DNA of 59,396 nt, the filler included, from Fonticula-like sp. SCN 57-25 (Eukaryota), in assembly GCA_001724245.1 (NCBI GenBank). It is 10 parts of 10 records of this genome, joined end to end, with 100 filler letters (N's around TTAATTAATTAA, not from the genome) between each part and the next. Parts side by side here need not be neighbours in the genome. Positions count along the whole stretch, not along the records: positions 54,330 to 59,396 come from MEDX01000637.1; 9 more parts are not named here. One strand, given 5' to 3'. Shown here piece after piece: positions 56,162 through 59,396 of this stretch. The translations under genes were made by a program, and so were the position numbers. The notes under the pieces were generated by a model, which made no database searches, had not been told where the DNA came from, and saw only the letters and a program-made list of their open reading frames with translations. Every line of letters begins with the position of its first letter. Positions within the stretch are counted from its first letter, which is position 1.

Positions 56162-58622
56162 TCACTTCTTCCTTTGCCCATCTGCATGCTTGCTCGAGAT
56201 GAACCGAGCGATAGCACCATGCCTTGACGCCTTGGGGGCACGCAAAAGGTCGCTAACAACGGGGACTGAAGCGGGCAATCGATACGAACGCGAAGCATCG
56301 GATGGGGCAATCGGCGGCGGATTGAAGGGTATACGCGTAGTGTCCACCGTTCCAGAATCAGGACGACCATAGCGGTCGGACTGCGGTCCGCTGTAATATA
56401 CGCTGGGAGATAATGTCGAAGCGTTTCCAATTGTCGCCGACCCGTGGACCGGATAGTAGCCAGACGAAGGAACACTAGACGAAGGGTTGGATATCACAAG
56501 AGGCTGCGGCGCATGACTATGCAGAGGTTGAGATCCCTTTGGCGAAAAGGAATACCCGAGATTCGGAGCCAACCCGGACCCAGAAACCTGCATTGGACTA
56601 AAGTAGGGCCGACCTTGAGGAATGACATATTGCCCATAGTAGTGATGCATCGGTGACATCGACGGCGGGTTAGCTTGGTGCGAAAGACCCTGACCCGTCT
56701 GCAGAACAGGAAGCAAAGGGCCTTGCATGGTCGCAAATGCCCCGCCCTGCCTCTCCAAGTGAACATTGGGCGAACCATGCGACGGAAACGACTGAATGTT
56801 TACATTAGGCGCATTGAACGAAGAACTTGACCTATCAACGTAAGAAAATGCTCAAGATGAAGTGTAAAGTGCGCGTACATGGAGGAAGCCTCAATATCTA
56901 CATGGTGAGGTTTCCCAATCCGGGTCCACGTGTTAGCTGTGCGATTGCTGTCGCTCTTGCCACCACGGCGGGACCCTTGGCTAACTGGCTTGCTAGAGAT
57001 AGGCACCCTAGAATAGCTTATTGCGGGCCCAGAGATGTCGCTGCCAGACGATGGCTGGTAGTGGCTGCCTATGTTGATTCTCTTGATTGGAATCGAGGAA
57101 GGCTGAAAATTATAATCGCTGCGCGACCACAAAAGCGGTCGGCTGGGAACGGGGTTACGAAATGTGCCGTTCGACGTTTCGTTGGTCACGTGTTCCCGTG
57201 GATTCTATGAGCTGTCGTTAGCCGTGCGATCAATCGAGGGTCATGACCCGTACGTAAGTTCCAGTGGAGTTTGGTGAGGTGAAATCGGGCTTCCTGGCAT
57301 CGGTCTTTGGAGTTTCCGCCGCGCTGCCTTCGACACCATCTTGGACCCATACAACTGCTTGCGAATCCGCAGAATCCTCCTCGTGTGAAAGTTCGCCGAC
57401 ATTTAAACTACTATCAGATTCCTTGGGCGCCTTGAAACCCCGCTGTAAGCTTGAACTTGATGTCGCTTCAATTGGATCGGTGCTCGAACCACGGGTCCAA
57501 TTCGAAGTACCTGAAAACAATTTGCCGAGTGCGCCCTTTTTCCGCTGTACAATTGGCGCTTGAGATGATTCAGCTGAGGCCCCAGCCCAGAGCATGGATA
57601 AGGATGCCGCGGCCTCCGACATGTCATCCTTCTTTCGTATCCTCCCGTCTGGCCTCTTGGGTTTGCCAGCTTCGATGGAATCAGATGACTGAGGAGTAGG
57701 CTGCGTTGAAGCATCTGCCACGGTTACTTTTCCATCGTCATCGCCCAACTCCGGAATGTCGTCCAAAAAGGACACATCGCTCGGACTAGAGGACGTATCC
57801 TCTTCGTCCTCGCTTTCGTGATAGAATGTCCGAGGAACCCGGACCGGTCTGTTTGGCAAAATAGGTCGCTTTCCACGGCCTCTTCCTGAAGAAAAGACGT
57901 TGGCCCGACGACGGCGAGCTTCTGCGGCAGCAACCGTGGCGGCTGCTGTGCGGGGACGCTTCGGCTGTAAATAAAACCATTAGAACGAGATTTCATTACA
58001 TACGCCGCCGCACCACCACATTCTCTTGCTGGATGTTTGACAATGATCGCTTTTTGGCCCGCGGCTCTTCGAACTTTGTTAGTACATATGTACTCAAAAC
58101 AACCATACCGTACCGTCAACGTCCGAAGAAGGTTGTTTTGATACGTGTTCAAGTGTTTGCAGTGTGGCGCTCGCAAAAAAAACAACATCTCCAACTGTAT
58201 CCTCGTCGATGGTTTCGGCAGCATCAATCCGCTTCTTCCCTTTGTACGGACCGCCGCTATGCGCCCTTGACTTGTAGCGCAAGGTACTTGGTGTAAAAGT
58301 AGTTTGAGACGGTTTCAAGCCGGCCGATATCTCAGTAGCTGCTGCGAGCTTAACTGCCGACAAGTCTTTCAAAGGGGATAAAGATTTCTCACGGGTCTCG
58401 GACTATTGTGAAATGAGTACCAAAACAAATATTACAACGATCGAAGGAGATAGGTACCTCTATGCTAACGGACGATATCGCAGCCTTTGCTACGAGAGGC
58501 TTGGATACCGAAGAAGGCGCACTAGCATGGAGGGGGGCCACGAGTGGTGCGGATGCCACGCTAGACTCAATGTCCTTGCCAGCCGTCGTGAAAGCTGCAG
58601 GTCGCCTATTCTTCACACGCAT
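56162..58622 (-). CDS. Hypothetical Ser/Pro-rich, probably disordered protein, about 6 exons
   Basis: ORFs 58389.., 58094.., 57230.., 56800.. and 56162.. are linked by short GTAC/GTAT...(CTAAC)...AG introns; no recognisable domain. Confidence 0.65.
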
Positions 58623-59396
58623 TTCGATACCTGACTTCGCAAAGACGTGAGAACAAAGGGAGCGAGCGCTAGACCCAAAGCGGCAAAGAGTACAGAGAGA
58701 AATTAACAAAAACACTCCGAGTTGGCACTCACAAATAGATAAAATATTGCGGGACTGACCGCCGTATCCCCTTGACTTGACAATTCACGCACCAAAGTAT
58801 CAGACGAACGAGTTCAAACGGACGCCAAACTTGAGAGTCAATTAGCCTTGTGTAAAGATTTAACGGACGAACTCAACGGAAAACAACCGAAAGTGTAAAA
58901 GCGTCCCACTGGCCTTCCTTCCACTCAGCCAATAACAACGGTGAACAAGAACTAGATTCAGAAATGGAAATGGACAGTTTGATGCTCGATGACGACGACT
59001 TGAATGACCCACCTGCGTCCCTAGTCGCAAAATGGGAAGACGGACGACCAAAAAAGACACAAATTGGGGTAAACAAAGAAGCCAACCGTTTCCTATGCGC
59101 CTCTTGCGGCAAAGGTCAGTTTTAACTGCCAAGATTCGCAGTGAAGTCTGCGTTGGAGCGTCGGACCGTCCGTGGGCGCGACTCTTGTGGGCAAAAAAGG
59201 CAATTAGAATGCGGTCCAAAACAGGCAATGTGGTTGCGCCGTGCCAACCAATGATTGGATGAATTTGAATACCAGCGCAAAGTGACTATAGTTGATCGAG
59301 TCAGTTGGATCGTGTGCGCAACTCCCCCATTTGGGTAGGTGGTCCCCTTCCGTCGTGGTGATGAGCAATCCTGCATCACACAATCTCGGTCAAAGA

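Noticed and set aside
58964..59396. Possible gene start MEMDSLMLDDDD...FLCASCGK
   Set aside because: I could not build a consistent exon chain before the window ends.

Overview
This window is not one locus. It is ten unrelated contigs of 5.1-11.4 kb, joined by an artificial 100-bp linker (44 N + TTAATTAATTAA + 44 N), so adjacency across a linker means nothing. Nine contigs come from an intron-containing, gene-dense eukaryote using the standard code, with mostly short GT(A/G)CG...CTRAC...YAG introns. Protein signatures suggest an early-branching opisthokont on the fungal side (Holomycota-like; inference). Recognisable genes: beta-COP, an inactive MPN/JAMM protein, a CH-SH3-DH-PH RhoGEF, a VPS9 GEF, MARCH5, RPB9, cytohesin, Hook, BIG/Sec7, OCRL/INPP5B, a degenerate prolyl-4-hydroxylase-like protein, a D-2-hydroxyacid dehydrogenase, GatB, Prp17/CDC40, eIF2B-delta, a myosin, a USP9/24/34-family DUB, DBP4/DDX10, CHMP2B, BRF1 and a TRIP12/UFD4 fragment. 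There is also an intronic H/ACA snoRNA. Contig 9 (49162-54229) is a bacteriophage head module. In it, an HNH endonuclease cassette appears to have inserted into the last codons of the major capsid gene and supplied a recoded 3' end. The most unusual signals in the eukaryotic DNA are at nucleotide level. First, G-rich then AT-rich then C-rich composition waves recur regardless of gene orientation. Second, CACGTG and a few other motifs are very dense in the same regions, inside introns and in all three frames of exons. All calls and counts are by eye; no searches were run.
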